Positions 50,797-58,944 of a DNA stretch of 64,000 nt are shown piece after piece. The position numbers and the translations under genes were made by a program. The stretch comes from Candidatus Latescibacterota bacterium (GTDB lineage: Bacteria > Latescibacterota > UBA2968 > GCA-2709665): the NCBI GenBank assembly GCA_963667175.2, contig CAXXXF010000006.1:416001-480000 (forward strand), read 5' to 3'. The notes beneath the pieces were generated by a model. It ran no database searches and was not told the origin of the DNA. It saw only the letters and a list, made by a program, of their open reading frames with translations. Position 1 is the first letter of the stretch. Each line of letters starts with the position of its first letter.

Positions 50797-51030
50797 ATGC
50801 CGACGATTTCGATTGAAGGGTACAAGCTTCGGTTCTATTCTTCAGACCGGTTCGAACCGCCGCACGTCCATGCGATAAAGGGAGGCAACGAAGCGAAAAT
50901 CTGGCTTCAGCCGATAGAGGTAGAACACAACTACGGTTTCAATCCGGTGGAATTGAATCGCATTGTCAGATTAACTAAACGGAATCGACAAAGGCTACTG
51001 GAGGCGTGGAATGTCTATTTTACCCGATGA
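50797..51030 (+). CDS. DUF4160 family protein
   Basis: MPTI...GYKLRFYS...EPPHVH....EAKIWL...LLEAW..YF. Confidence 0.9.
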   Translation: MPTISIEGYKLRFYSSDRFEPPHVHAIKGGNEAKIWLQPIEVEHNYGFNPVELNRIVRLTKRNRQRLLEAWNVYFTR

Positions 51031-51277
51031 AACCACCAGTCAGGTCAAGGCAATCGGGGTTCGATTCGTCGACAACAGGCTACACATTTCGTTGGACGAC
51101 GGCCGGGACATCAGCCTCTCCGTCCACAGGTTCGATTGGCTGGACTGGCTTGCAAAAGCAACTCCTGAGCAACGGGACAACTGGTCCATCGAGCCCGGAG
51201 GCTTCGCGGTGTATTGGGTAGACCTGGACGACGGCATCGAAATCAGGCATCTATTAAACATGCAGCCCCTTTCATAG
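51011..51277 (+). CDS. DUF2442 family protein
   Basis: L.DGR.IS....WL..ATPEQR.NW.I...G..VYW.DLDDGI; overlaps the DUF4160 gene. Confidence 0.9.
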   Translation: MSILPDETTSQVKAIGVRFVDNRLHISLDDGRDISLSVHRFDWLDWLAKATPEQRDNWSIEPGGFAVYWVDLDDGIEIRHLLNMQPLS

Positions 51278-51439
51278 CCACGCGGACGCCTTACGGCATT
51301 CAATCAAATTCAGCAAATTGAACGTTCCGCACAGGATGTGGAACGGCACGACCTGCCCTTCTCAATTAGATGGTTCCGGGCAGGATCGTTCTCTTTTTGC
51401 GTATTTATCGGGGCACGGGAGCCAATTACAGCATACTCT

Positions 51440-51811
51440 TTACGGAAGCACTCTTATGCCGACTCTGCCGCCGTCGATAACCTGAACCGTCAACTCATGG
51501 CCGTCCAGCAAAGACATACCAACCAGCGGGTCGCTGTCCACACAATCCACTGCAATACGACGCATTCTGCCGTCCCAAATAACAGTCGCTTCGTAAACGT
51601 CGAATAGGGCTTCATTCCCATCAGCCAGCATGGCCCGGCCTCGCCTGCGCCAGGGAAGGCCAAGGGATGCGATCTGCAATTTAGGCAGGGTCAACCAGCC
51701 ATCGAACCCTGTGTCAATAACTGCCTCGACATCTTGTTCCTGCTCCTCGACGCCTCGCACCGTTACGGGAATCACGGCCTCTCGGTCGGCGGTAACGACT
51801 CCGACAATCAC
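51440..51811 (-). CDS. Retropepsin-like (clan AA) aspartic protease
   Basis: AVIDTGFDG, LADG, LVGMSLL; GTGA overlap with the upstream gene. Confidence 0.88.
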   Translation of the reverse strand: MIVGVVTADREAVIPVTVRGVEEQEQDVEAVIDTGFDGWLTLPKLQIASLGLPWRRRGRAMLADGNEALFDVYEATVIWDGRMRRIAVDCVDSDPLVGMSLLDGHELTVQVIDGGRVGIRVLP

Positions 51812-52083
51812 GTGTTTAGCGACCGGTAGCGCGGTCCAAAGCGGCGGGTAAAGCGAGAACCTATTCGCCTCATCCATATTTGCGCGTCAGGCCTGCGGGA
51901 CAGAAGACGATCTGACGCCGCAAGTTCGTCCGTATCAACCTCATAATCACCTGTCTCTATATCGATGACAATAATCTTCCCCTTGTTTTCCGCCTCAACG
52001 CGTTGGCGTATGTCCCGCTCGTAAATCTCATCCCCGCGCCGGGCAAATTGTTCTTTGGCATAGCGGGGGTGCGATACGGGCAT
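51808..52083 (-). CDS. Small acidic partner protein (DUF5678-like)
   Basis: ARRGDEIYE...GKIIVIDIETGDYE...PDA....RIG; GAGGAGG RBS. Confidence 0.75.
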   Translation of the reverse strand: MPVSHPRYAKEQFARRGDEIYERDIRQRVEAENKGKIIVIDIETGDYEVDTDELAASDRLLSRRPDAQIWMRRIGSRFTRRFGPRYRSLNT

Positions 52084-52250
52084 CGTCTTCCTCCTCTTCT
52101 ATGGTTTCATATTTTTTTCATGGCAATGTGAACACAAACATCTACTTGAGAAATATACAACTTGAATAGAGTAAAGTCCAGGTTCGACGTATCCTGCTTT
52201 TAACTGGGGTGGACAGAAAACAGGATCAAGGGAGGACTTGCACAACGGGA

Positions 52251-53864
52251 TTAGACACCAGCGGCCCACGTGTTTCCGCCTGCCCGCACCTTCCCCTCCG
52301 GCTTCAGGAATTCGGCGCAATGCGCGCCGCCCGCGACGCCACCCACCACGTCCAGATCGTGGCCCATTTCGAGCAGCCCGTCCCGAATGGATTCATCCAG
52401 AGACCTCGTCACCATGAGTGGTTCCTCCATCTGAACGTGCATCCGGGGGCCGGACACGGCCTCGAGTGAAGTCGCGCCGAAATCCACGATTTTCTGCGCA
52501 ACCCGCGCGTTTACGCTCACGAGCTTTCGCCCCCCCGGCAACCCCGTTGCGACGTCGCGGTCCGGGAGGCAAATGATCAGCGGCGCCGTATTGTTCAGCG
52601 GGCGTTTTCGCGGCCCCACAGAGTTCGGGCGTCCGGGCCTCGGATCCAGCCGGCACATCCCGTGCCCCAGAATCAGCCCCGTTCCGGGCACCGTGACCAG
52701 GGACCCGAATGCGCCGCCCTGCGAGATCGTCACGGACGCCACGTTGCCTTCCACGTCCGCCGCGGAGACGTGGAGCGTCCCCTCGGATGAATCTCCCTCG
52801 GGCCCCGGGGACCGCCGGTCCACAAGCTGCGGAAACTGCCGCGCGGACTCTGCGCGTCCTGCCGCGTAGTCTTTACTCAACAGCCGCTCGACCCGGACCT
52901 CCACGTGATCCGGATCCCCCAGATACAGCAGCCGGTCGCGCCAGGCCAATTTCAGCACTTCGGCCAGCCGGTGCCAGTACGTCACCGTATCCTCCGGCAC
53001 GGGATCGAAGCATTCCAGCATATTGAGCGCCTGGAGGGCCGTCAACCCGCCGTTCGGCAATATCGCCGCGTACACGGTCGCGTCGCGGTAGGTGGTTTCG
53101 TAAGGCGCCGTGACGCGCGGCACATAAGCCGCCATATCCTCCCGCGTAAGCGCCCCGCCCCCGCTGCCCACGTGATCCGCGATCTTCCGCCCGATTTCTC
53201 CATCGTAGAAGTCGCGCCACCCGGCCTCGCACGCGCGCGTCAACGACTTTTCCATATCGCGCCTGTGCCATCTGTCGTCGGCATTCGGCAGACGCCCTTC
53301 CGGCATCAGATGCTTCTCTGTTGCCGGGAACCGCCGGATTACCGGTTCCAGATGGCGAACGGCGGCGGCCGTGGAACCGAACGGGAATCCATTCTCCAGC
53401 AGCGTCAGCGACGGCGCCACGATATCCGACCACTTCAAGCGGCCCCAGCGCTCCCACAACAGCCCCATCCCCGCCATCATCCCCGGCGGGCCGACCGCCC
53501 GCGGTCCGTGCACGTTGGCGTTGTCCCGTACGGAACAGAGGTACTCGTTTTCGTTGATCCCCTTCGGCCCGTCGCGCATCGGCGTCACGTCGTACATCGT
53601 CTCACTCGCCGATGCCGGCGCAATGGAGTTGGCATCCAGAGACCATACCTTCCCGGTCCGCCCGTCCAGCACCAGGGCGCACAGTACGTATCCCATCACC
53701 CCCGTGGACTGCGGCTGCAGCATGCAGCAGGCCATGCTGGTTGCGGCAGCCGCGTCCATCGCGTTCCCGCCCAGGTCCAATACGCGGGCGCCCACACGGG
53801 CCGCCTCCTCCGGGCCGGCGGCGACGGCGCCTCGAGACGTGAGAATTTCCTTGCCTTCAGTCAT
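52251..53864 (-). CDS. Gamma-glutamyltransferase family Ntn-hydrolase
   Basis: GGNAMDAAAA, FYDGEI, LTREDM..Y, GT(nucleophile)LHVS..D.EGN, FGS, RPNSVGPRKRP. Confidence 0.92.
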   Translation of the reverse strand: MTEGKEILTSRGAVAAGPEEAARVGARVLDLGGNAMDAAAATSMACCMLQPQSTGVMGYVLCALVLDGRTGKVWSLDANSIAPASASETMYDVTPMRDGPKGINENEYLCSVRDNANVHGPRAVGPPGMMAGMGLLWERWGRLKWSDIVAPSLTLLENGFPFGSTAAAVRHLEPVIRRFPATEKHLMPEGRLPNADDRWHRRDMEKSLTRACEAGWRDFYDGEIGRKIADHVGSGGGALTREDMAAYVPRVTAPYETTYRDATVYAAILPNGGLTALQALNMLECFDPVPEDTVTYWHRLAEVLKLAWRDRLLYLGDPDHVEVRVERLLSKDYAAGRAESARQFPQLVDRRSPGPEGDSSEGTLHVSAADVEGNVASVTISQGGAFGSLVTVPGTGLILGHGMCRLDPRPGRPNSVGPRKRPLNNTAPLIICLPDRDVATGLPGGRKLVSVNARVAQKIVDFGATSLEAVSGPRMHVQMEEPLMVTRSLDESIRDGLLEMGHDLDVVGGVAGGAHCAEFLKPEGKVRAGGNTWAAGV

Positions 53865-54156
53865 ACGATTCCTTAACGGGCGCGGTGATAATCTCATCGC
53901 CCGGCTCCGGGTTCACGGCCCCCACCGCAAGGTGGATGGCGGCCGATCCGCCCGTGGAACTCTGTGCGTACCTGACGCCGTAAAAGTCGGCAAAGGCCTT
54001 TTCAAACTCCTTTACGAACCGGCCGCTCTTGCCGAACAGATTCTGGCTGCGGACGGCATCGATCAGCAACTCCTCCTCCCGTTGCCCGAACGGCGTCCTC
54101 TCGGGAAACGGTCGTGTTCGTACTTTCGGGCCTCCATGGATTGCCAGCCTCGCCAT
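53857..54156 (-). pseudogene. N-terminal stump (about 99 aa) of a DegT/DnrJ/EryC1/StrS aminotransferase
   Basis: MARLAIHGGPKVR, VKEFEKAFA, GSAAIHLA, PGDEIITAP, then runs into the RBS of the GGT gene; no PLP-lysine region. Confidence 0.85.
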
Positions 54157-54212
54157 TTTTCCTCCGGCTACTGATGTCCAGGACACAAACCGTTGATGGA
54201 GACGTGTGTCCC

Positions 54213-54410
54213 TTTGTGTTTTTGTGCCTCTTGTGGCCATTGCTTTCGCGTGTAAGAATCAACTGCGTAGCCAAAAAAAGCACAAAAGGCACAGAAACTG
54301 TACCGGACAGGCGTAGCCGCAGCTAAAAGAAGAATCCAGAAGCTGGAAGTCAGAATCCGGTAGTAAAACCGATATATATTCTGATTCTGACTCTCAACTC
54401 CTGGATTTCT
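54213..54410. repeat. Two imperfect inverted-repeat elements made of short periodic units
   Basis: TTTGTG...TTGTGGC / GCCA...GGCACA (54213-54296); AGAATCCAG...GTCAGAATC / GATTCTGAC...CTGGATTTCT (54331-54410). Confidence 0.65.
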
Positions 54411-54461
54411 GAACGATCGCTCCGCCCGGACTTGCCTTCCCGCCCCCCGATTCTTACCCCT

Positions 54462-56864
54462 TTACCTCTCCAACCGGAACAGGACCTCCTTCTCCGCCTC
54501 TGCATTGCCGTTCTGATCCACAACGCGAACCGTCAGCCGGTTCACGCCGGCCTTGGCGTTGCTCAGGTCCATCTCGAAATACTCCTGAAGGTCCGTTTCA
54601 CCCCGGACCTGCTCCGTGGTTACGGAAACCTCCGGGGTGCGTTCGCCCCTGCGGAACAGAGAGCCAACACCCGCCCACAGGCGCCCGAACGTGCCGCCTT
54701 TCTCCGGCATCGAATGGATCGTGTAATGCAGCGTAAACCGGCTCTGGCCGAACGTGTCCGGTTTCAGACCGTAGGCTTCGTAATAGACAAACGGGTGCTG
54801 GTTCATCCGATAGGTCTTGGTGGTCATCGGAATCACCCAGACGCCTCCTCCCTTGGCGTATTTTTCCAGGCCGCCTTCCGTCGAAATCTGAAATCCCAGT
54901 TCCAGGCCGCTCAGTTTCAACGTATCCAGGGAATAGTCCTCGACCTCGAGTCGTTCCTTATAGATGCCCGAATGGCCGGAAACCAGGTCCTTGACCTGTA
55001 CGCGCATGTCGTATGCGCCCGGGCTCACGTCCAGCGCGAGCTGATTCGGAATAAAGGTCCCCTTGCCCGTATAGAGCTCCTTCGACGTGCGCAACGCCAG
55101 TTCCTCGCTGTCCTGCAGCGTCTGCCCCGACTCCGGATCGTACAGCGCGACCGCACACCCCAGCTGGAAAACGGTCTGTTCGTCCGATTCCGACTCGCTC
55201 AGGCTGCGCGGCGGAATTCCATAATAGACTTCCACTCGCGTCTTGCCATTGGATCCCCGGAACGTCGCTCGATCGTAGTAGAAATCCAGAAATGCCTCGC
55301 GGCCGCCCGGAAGATAGTGCTCCGGCATCTGCCGGATACTCCGGTTCATCACCATCGCGGGCGAGAACTTCACCATCCGGCTGGTCCGCCGCAGCGCGCC
55401 GTCGTCGAATTCCGCCGCGGGCACGGGCGCGAAGTCGAACTTCCCACCCCCCAACTCGTTGGTGAACACCACCTCGATCCCCCCCGCGACGCCCGTATAT
55501 ACCCAGGACTCCCACTTGATGAAGGACATGAAGTCCCCTCCCGTAACCTGCGCGCGGTTCGGGGACAGGGTGACCACGTAATTGTCTCCATCCAGCGCCG
55601 ACATGTCCGCGGGGGCCAGGGGATCGTCGGCCAGAGCAGGCGCTCCCAGCTCCACCTCAAGAGGATCCGGGGCCTCGCCCTGATCCGTGCCCGGCGGCAA
55701 TTCAGCCGGGAAATCCAGGCCCACCTCGTGCATCCTGCGAACCGGGAACACGGGCCCCCGTCCCACGTCCGCCATGCCCAGCGGCCCGTAGATATCGTGG
55801 GCGACGCGCTCCTTGATCCGCTCGACGGAAACCGGCATGGGCGGCGCCACCCTGCCGGACGTCGACCGGTATTCCGGCTCGCCGTACCGGATATAGACCT
55901 CCCCGCGCCGGTCCCAGGGATTCGCCATCTCGGAAAAAGCGGTTCGCGAAACCCACACGCGCCGAAAATGTTCCAGCTTCCGCTCGTTCACCGAAGTCAT
56001 CAGGTCCGGGTCTCTCACCGACCAGAACCGCACGAGATACTCCCTCCGCGCGGCCGCGTCCTCCGCGGTCTCCCGATAGGCGAGGAGCTCTTCCTTCGAT
56101 GCAATCAGGCTCACGTCCTGGTACAACCGGCGTTCTTCGGGCGGCATCCGGGAAAAGCCCCGGCCGTAGTATTGCATGGCCAGGTCCAGGGCCTCGCGGC
56201 TCGCGCAGGCCTGCGCCACCAACGGCAACAGCAACCCCTCGTCCGAGGTTACCTCCAGGGAGTCCAGCGCTTCCGATGGCAAGCCCTCAAAAACGCCCGT
56301 CCGGACAAAGGCCCTGACCACGGCCTGGACCACCGCCGGTTCCCTCGTCGGATCCACCGACAGAGAGCGCACGTAGGCGTCGACCGACTTGCCATAGTCC
56401 TCGATGTCGGAATACAGTCGCCCGAGGAGCCTGTGGGTCAGTTCGAAATCCGGCGAGAGCGAGGCGGCCCGCGACGCGTGGTAAATCGTCTGCTCGGAGA
56501 ACCTTCCCTTTTCGCCCTCAGCGGTCCCGGCTCTGTAGGACGCCAGCGCCATGCCGAAGTGGGCCGGCGCGAACCCGTCGTTCAGCGAGAGGGCCGACTG
56601 GAACGCCTCCCGCGCCTCAGTCAGGTCCGACTTCAGCAACCGGGAGTATCCAATGCGGGTAATGTGACCGGCCGGATCACTCGTCAACTGCGGCCAGTAC
56701 GCCCTTACGGCCCGCTGCACCTCCCGGTCCGAGCCCGGTACGGCGGTTGAATACCCTGTCGCTTCCGGTTTTGTCTGTTCGGCGCGGGTAGGGAGACCGT
56801 TCGTCAGCAGAAAGGTCAGAGCGGCGAACCAGAGAACCGTCCTCAATGATCGAATCCGGTACAT
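54462..56864 (-). CDS. GWxTD-domain protein with TPRs
   Basis: Signal peptide, TPRs, FWSVRDPD..TSVNE...EHFRRV...WDRRGEVYIRYGEPE. Confidence 0.85.
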   Translation of the reverse strand: MYRIRSLRTVLWFAALTFLLTNGLPTRAEQTKPEATGYSTAVPGSDREVQRAVRAYWPQLTSDPAGHITRIGYSRLLKSDLTEAREAFQSALSLNDGFAPAHFGMALASYRAGTAEGEKGRFSEQTIYHASRAASLSPDFELTHRLLGRLYSDIEDYGKSVDAYVRSLSVDPTREPAVVQAVVRAFVRTGVFEGLPSEALDSLEVTSDEGLLLPLVAQACASREALDLAMQYYGRGFSRMPPEERRLYQDVSLIASKEELLAYRETAEDAAARREYLVRFWSVRDPDLMTSVNERKLEHFRRVWVSRTAFSEMANPWDRRGEVYIRYGEPEYRSTSGRVAPPMPVSVERIKERVAHDIYGPLGMADVGRGPVFPVRRMHEVGLDFPAELPPGTDQGEAPDPLEVELGAPALADDPLAPADMSALDGDNYVVTLSPNRAQVTGGDFMSFIKWESWVYTGVAGGIEVVFTNELGGGKFDFAPVPAAEFDDGALRRTSRMVKFSPAMVMNRSIRQMPEHYLPGGREAFLDFYYDRATFRGSNGKTRVEVYYGIPPRSLSESESDEQTVFQLGCAVALYDPESGQTLQDSEELALRTSKELYTGKGTFIPNQLALDVSPGAYDMRVQVKDLVSGHSGIYKERLEVEDYSLDTLKLSGLELGFQISTEGGLEKYAKGGGVWVIPMTTKTYRMNQHPFVYYEAYGLKPDTFGQSRFTLHYTIHSMPEKGGTFGRLWAGVGSLFRRGERTPEVSVTTEQVRGETDLQEYFEMDLSNAKAGVNRLTVRVVDQNGNAEAEKEVLFRLER

Positions 56865-57129
56865 TGTCCTCGTCCTCGTTTCAGGTTGGCGCCAACAGCG
56901 TTCCTGGAAATACGACGGGCAAAACCTGCAACCTGCTCCCGTTTACTATAGGATGCTCACAGGCGGAAATGGTTGCATAAAATAGGGGAGACGTAAGACG
57001 TGAGTCACGGTAGAGATTGCCTGCCCGGTGAGGTTTTGGTTCAGACCGGAGGCATTCAGGTAGTTCAGGTAGACCAGATCGGGCGAGGATTTTTTCTGCC
57101 GTCTACCGTTTCACGTCTTCCCGCCTTCG

Positions 57130-57242
57130 AGACCTACCCCCTATCCCCCTTCCCGGGGGGAAGGGGGGACCTGTAACCCGCTAAGAGTCTCCTGCTCTTC
57201 TCCCCCTTTCCCTCCGGGAGAGGGGGCCGGGGGGAGAGGTCT
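57130..57242. repeat. REP-like double-hairpin element
   Basis: AGACCT.CCCCC...CCCCCTTCCC/GGGAAGGGGG...CCCCCTTTCCC/GGGAGAGGGGG...GGGGG.GAGGTCT. Confidence 0.75.
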
Positions 57243-57456
57243 GCGCCAGTTGTAGTGTTGTCATCTGACGCATCGGTAGTTGTACTTGTCATTCAAACGC
57301 CAATCGCTCTACGAAGAAATTTCCTGACTGGAGAACTACCAGAGCAGAGCGCGCTGATCCGTCCAGCAACGGGGTTCGATGTTCCTGCGCGGGTGCCAGG
57401 CCAGCGCATTGTGTGTATCCTGTAAGCGTGTTCGCGCTATGCATATGGCAGGCCCC

Positions 57457-57491
57457 GCCTGCCTGCCGCGCAGGGCTTGGCGCAGGCAGGC
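57457..57491. repeat. GCCTGCCTGC/GCAGGCAGGC palindromic unit
   Basis: Same 10-bp arms as 27139-27159, with a 15-nt spacer. Confidence 0.8.
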
Positions 57492-57599
57492 GCCCAGCGG
57501 CGACTTTTGGTTCCTTTTGGTCGCTTCAAAAGGAACACGCCGTAGGCAGGGAATTTGGGGAGACGTGGACATTGATTTTGATTCTTGCGTTTGATTTTA

Positions 57600-57630
57600 G
57601 CTGACCGCTGACTGCTGATAGCTGAATGCT
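57600..57630. repeat. Heptamer tandem repeat (GCTGAnn)x4
   Basis: GCTGACC GCTGACT GCTGATA GCTGAAT GCT. Confidence 0.75.
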
Positions 57631-57647
57631 TCTTTTGTCTCACAGGC

Positions 57648-57685
57648 AAAGAGAAAGGAGGACGGTCTCGCGGACCGCCCCCCTT
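57648..57685 (-). terminator. Terminator of the receptor/CTD/PorV operon
   Basis: Minus strand GGGGGGCGGTC-cgcga-GACCGTCCTCC followed by TTTCTCTTT. Confidence 0.75.
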
Positions 57686-57708
57686 GTGTTCACCGCCCGT
57701 CAGGCTTA

Positions 57709-57870
57709 GCAGCCCGTTGAAAAACCCCATCCGGTCTGCGTCCGGCCCTTGTGACCGAAATACGGCGTTGCGCTCCCTCCCCGAATCCAGGGATTCGCGT
57801 CGGTCGCGTCGCCTTGTCTTCGGCCACAATGGATCGGCCTCGCCTGCAGAGCGACTTTTTCAACGGACTG
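57709..57870. mobile_element. MITE copy 2 (162 bp)
   Basis: Same terminal IRs and body as 27078-27257; TTA(G) on both sides. Confidence 0.9.
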
Positions 57871-58917
57871 TTAGAACGTTCCGCCCACGGACAGACGCAA
57901 CGGCGGATCGAAAATGCCCAGATCCGCGTTATGGTAAGAGAGATCCACGGTGATCAGCTGACCCCCGGGGAGTTCGTGCTTCAGGCCGGCGCCGACGCTC
58001 CAGCTTTCGAGGGCCGTGTGCGTCCGGTATCCGGCGCGAAGCGCCAGCGTGTTCTCCAGCCAGAGTTCCCCGCCCATGCGGGTAATCGGCCGGAAGTCCG
58101 TTACGAACTCGTGCTCGAGCGAAAGCGTGAAGTATCCCGGATCGCCCTTCTGACCGAAAATCTCCATCGCTCCGCCGAGGGAGTACGTGGTGGGCATCAC
58201 TGCCGTGAACCCGCCTTCCGTTGCCTTGACGTTCGGGCCCAGGTTCCGGAAACTCATGGCAATCCGGCTGCTCCGGTACCCGGTGTAGAAGTGGGTGCCG
58301 ATGCTGTAGTCCAGCGTGGACACCTTCTCCAGGTGAAGGTCTTCCTGGATCCAGCGAATCTGACCGCCCAGCATGAATTTATCGGTCATCTTCTTGGCAA
58401 AAACGGCGCCCAGGGCGATATCACCCGCGCGAAACTTGGTTCCCGTGCCCCACGGCGCCGTCGGGGTGGTGACCTCCATCTCCTCCGTCGTAAAGCTGTT
58501 TACGGTAAACCCGATGACCCCGAAGCCCGCGTTGAACGCCAGCGCCCCGGAAATCGTTGAGGAATTGGTCAACCAGCGGGTGTAGTTCAGGGTATAGGCC
58601 ACGTTTTCAATGTGCCCCAGGCCCGCGGCGTTCCAGAACGCGGACGAGATGTCGTCCGAAATTGCCGTGTAAGCCCCGCCCATGGCCTCGGCGCGGGCGC
58701 TCTGGCCGATCTTCAGGAACGGGAACTCGGAGAGTCCCACGCGCTCGACCCAGAGACCCCAGGCCTTGTCGACGTTCTCCATCTTCGGATCGATCAACGC
58801 TCCGTCGCGCGACCCGGTGCCGGGCGCCGGCTGCTCAACCGCCCCCGCCGGCTTCACGGACAGGAGAGCGACGGTCACGAGGGCCAATCCCAAGATGATC
58901 CATCCTTTTTTCATCAC
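57871..58917 (-). CDS. PorV/PorQ family outer-membrane beta-barrel
   Basis: FLKIGQSARAEAMGGAYTA..DD.SS.FWNAAGL, LALRAGY, terminal Phe. Confidence 0.9.
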   Translation of the reverse strand: MMKKGWIILGLALVTVALLSVKPAGAVEQPAPGTGSRDGALIDPKMENVDKAWGLWVERVGLSEFPFLKIGQSARAEAMGGAYTAISDDISSAFWNAAGLGHIENVAYTLNYTRWLTNSSTISGALAFNAGFGVIGFTVNSFTTEEMEVTTPTAPWGTGTKFRAGDIALGAVFAKKMTDKFMLGGQIRWIQEDLHLEKVSTLDYSIGTHFYTGYRSSRIAMSFRNLGPNVKATEGGFTAVMPTTYSLGGAMEIFGQKGDPGYFTLSLEHEFVTDFRPITRMGGELWLENTLALRAGYRTHTALESWSVGAGLKHELPGGQLITVDLSYHNADLGIFDPPLRLSVGGTF

Positions 58918-58944
58918 TAATCTCCTTAATCGTCGCGAGGTCCG

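Noticed and set aside
53857-54156. Programmed frameshift or split gene for the DegT fragment
   Set aside because: The downstream sequence encodes GGT; no DegT continuation appears in the ORF track.
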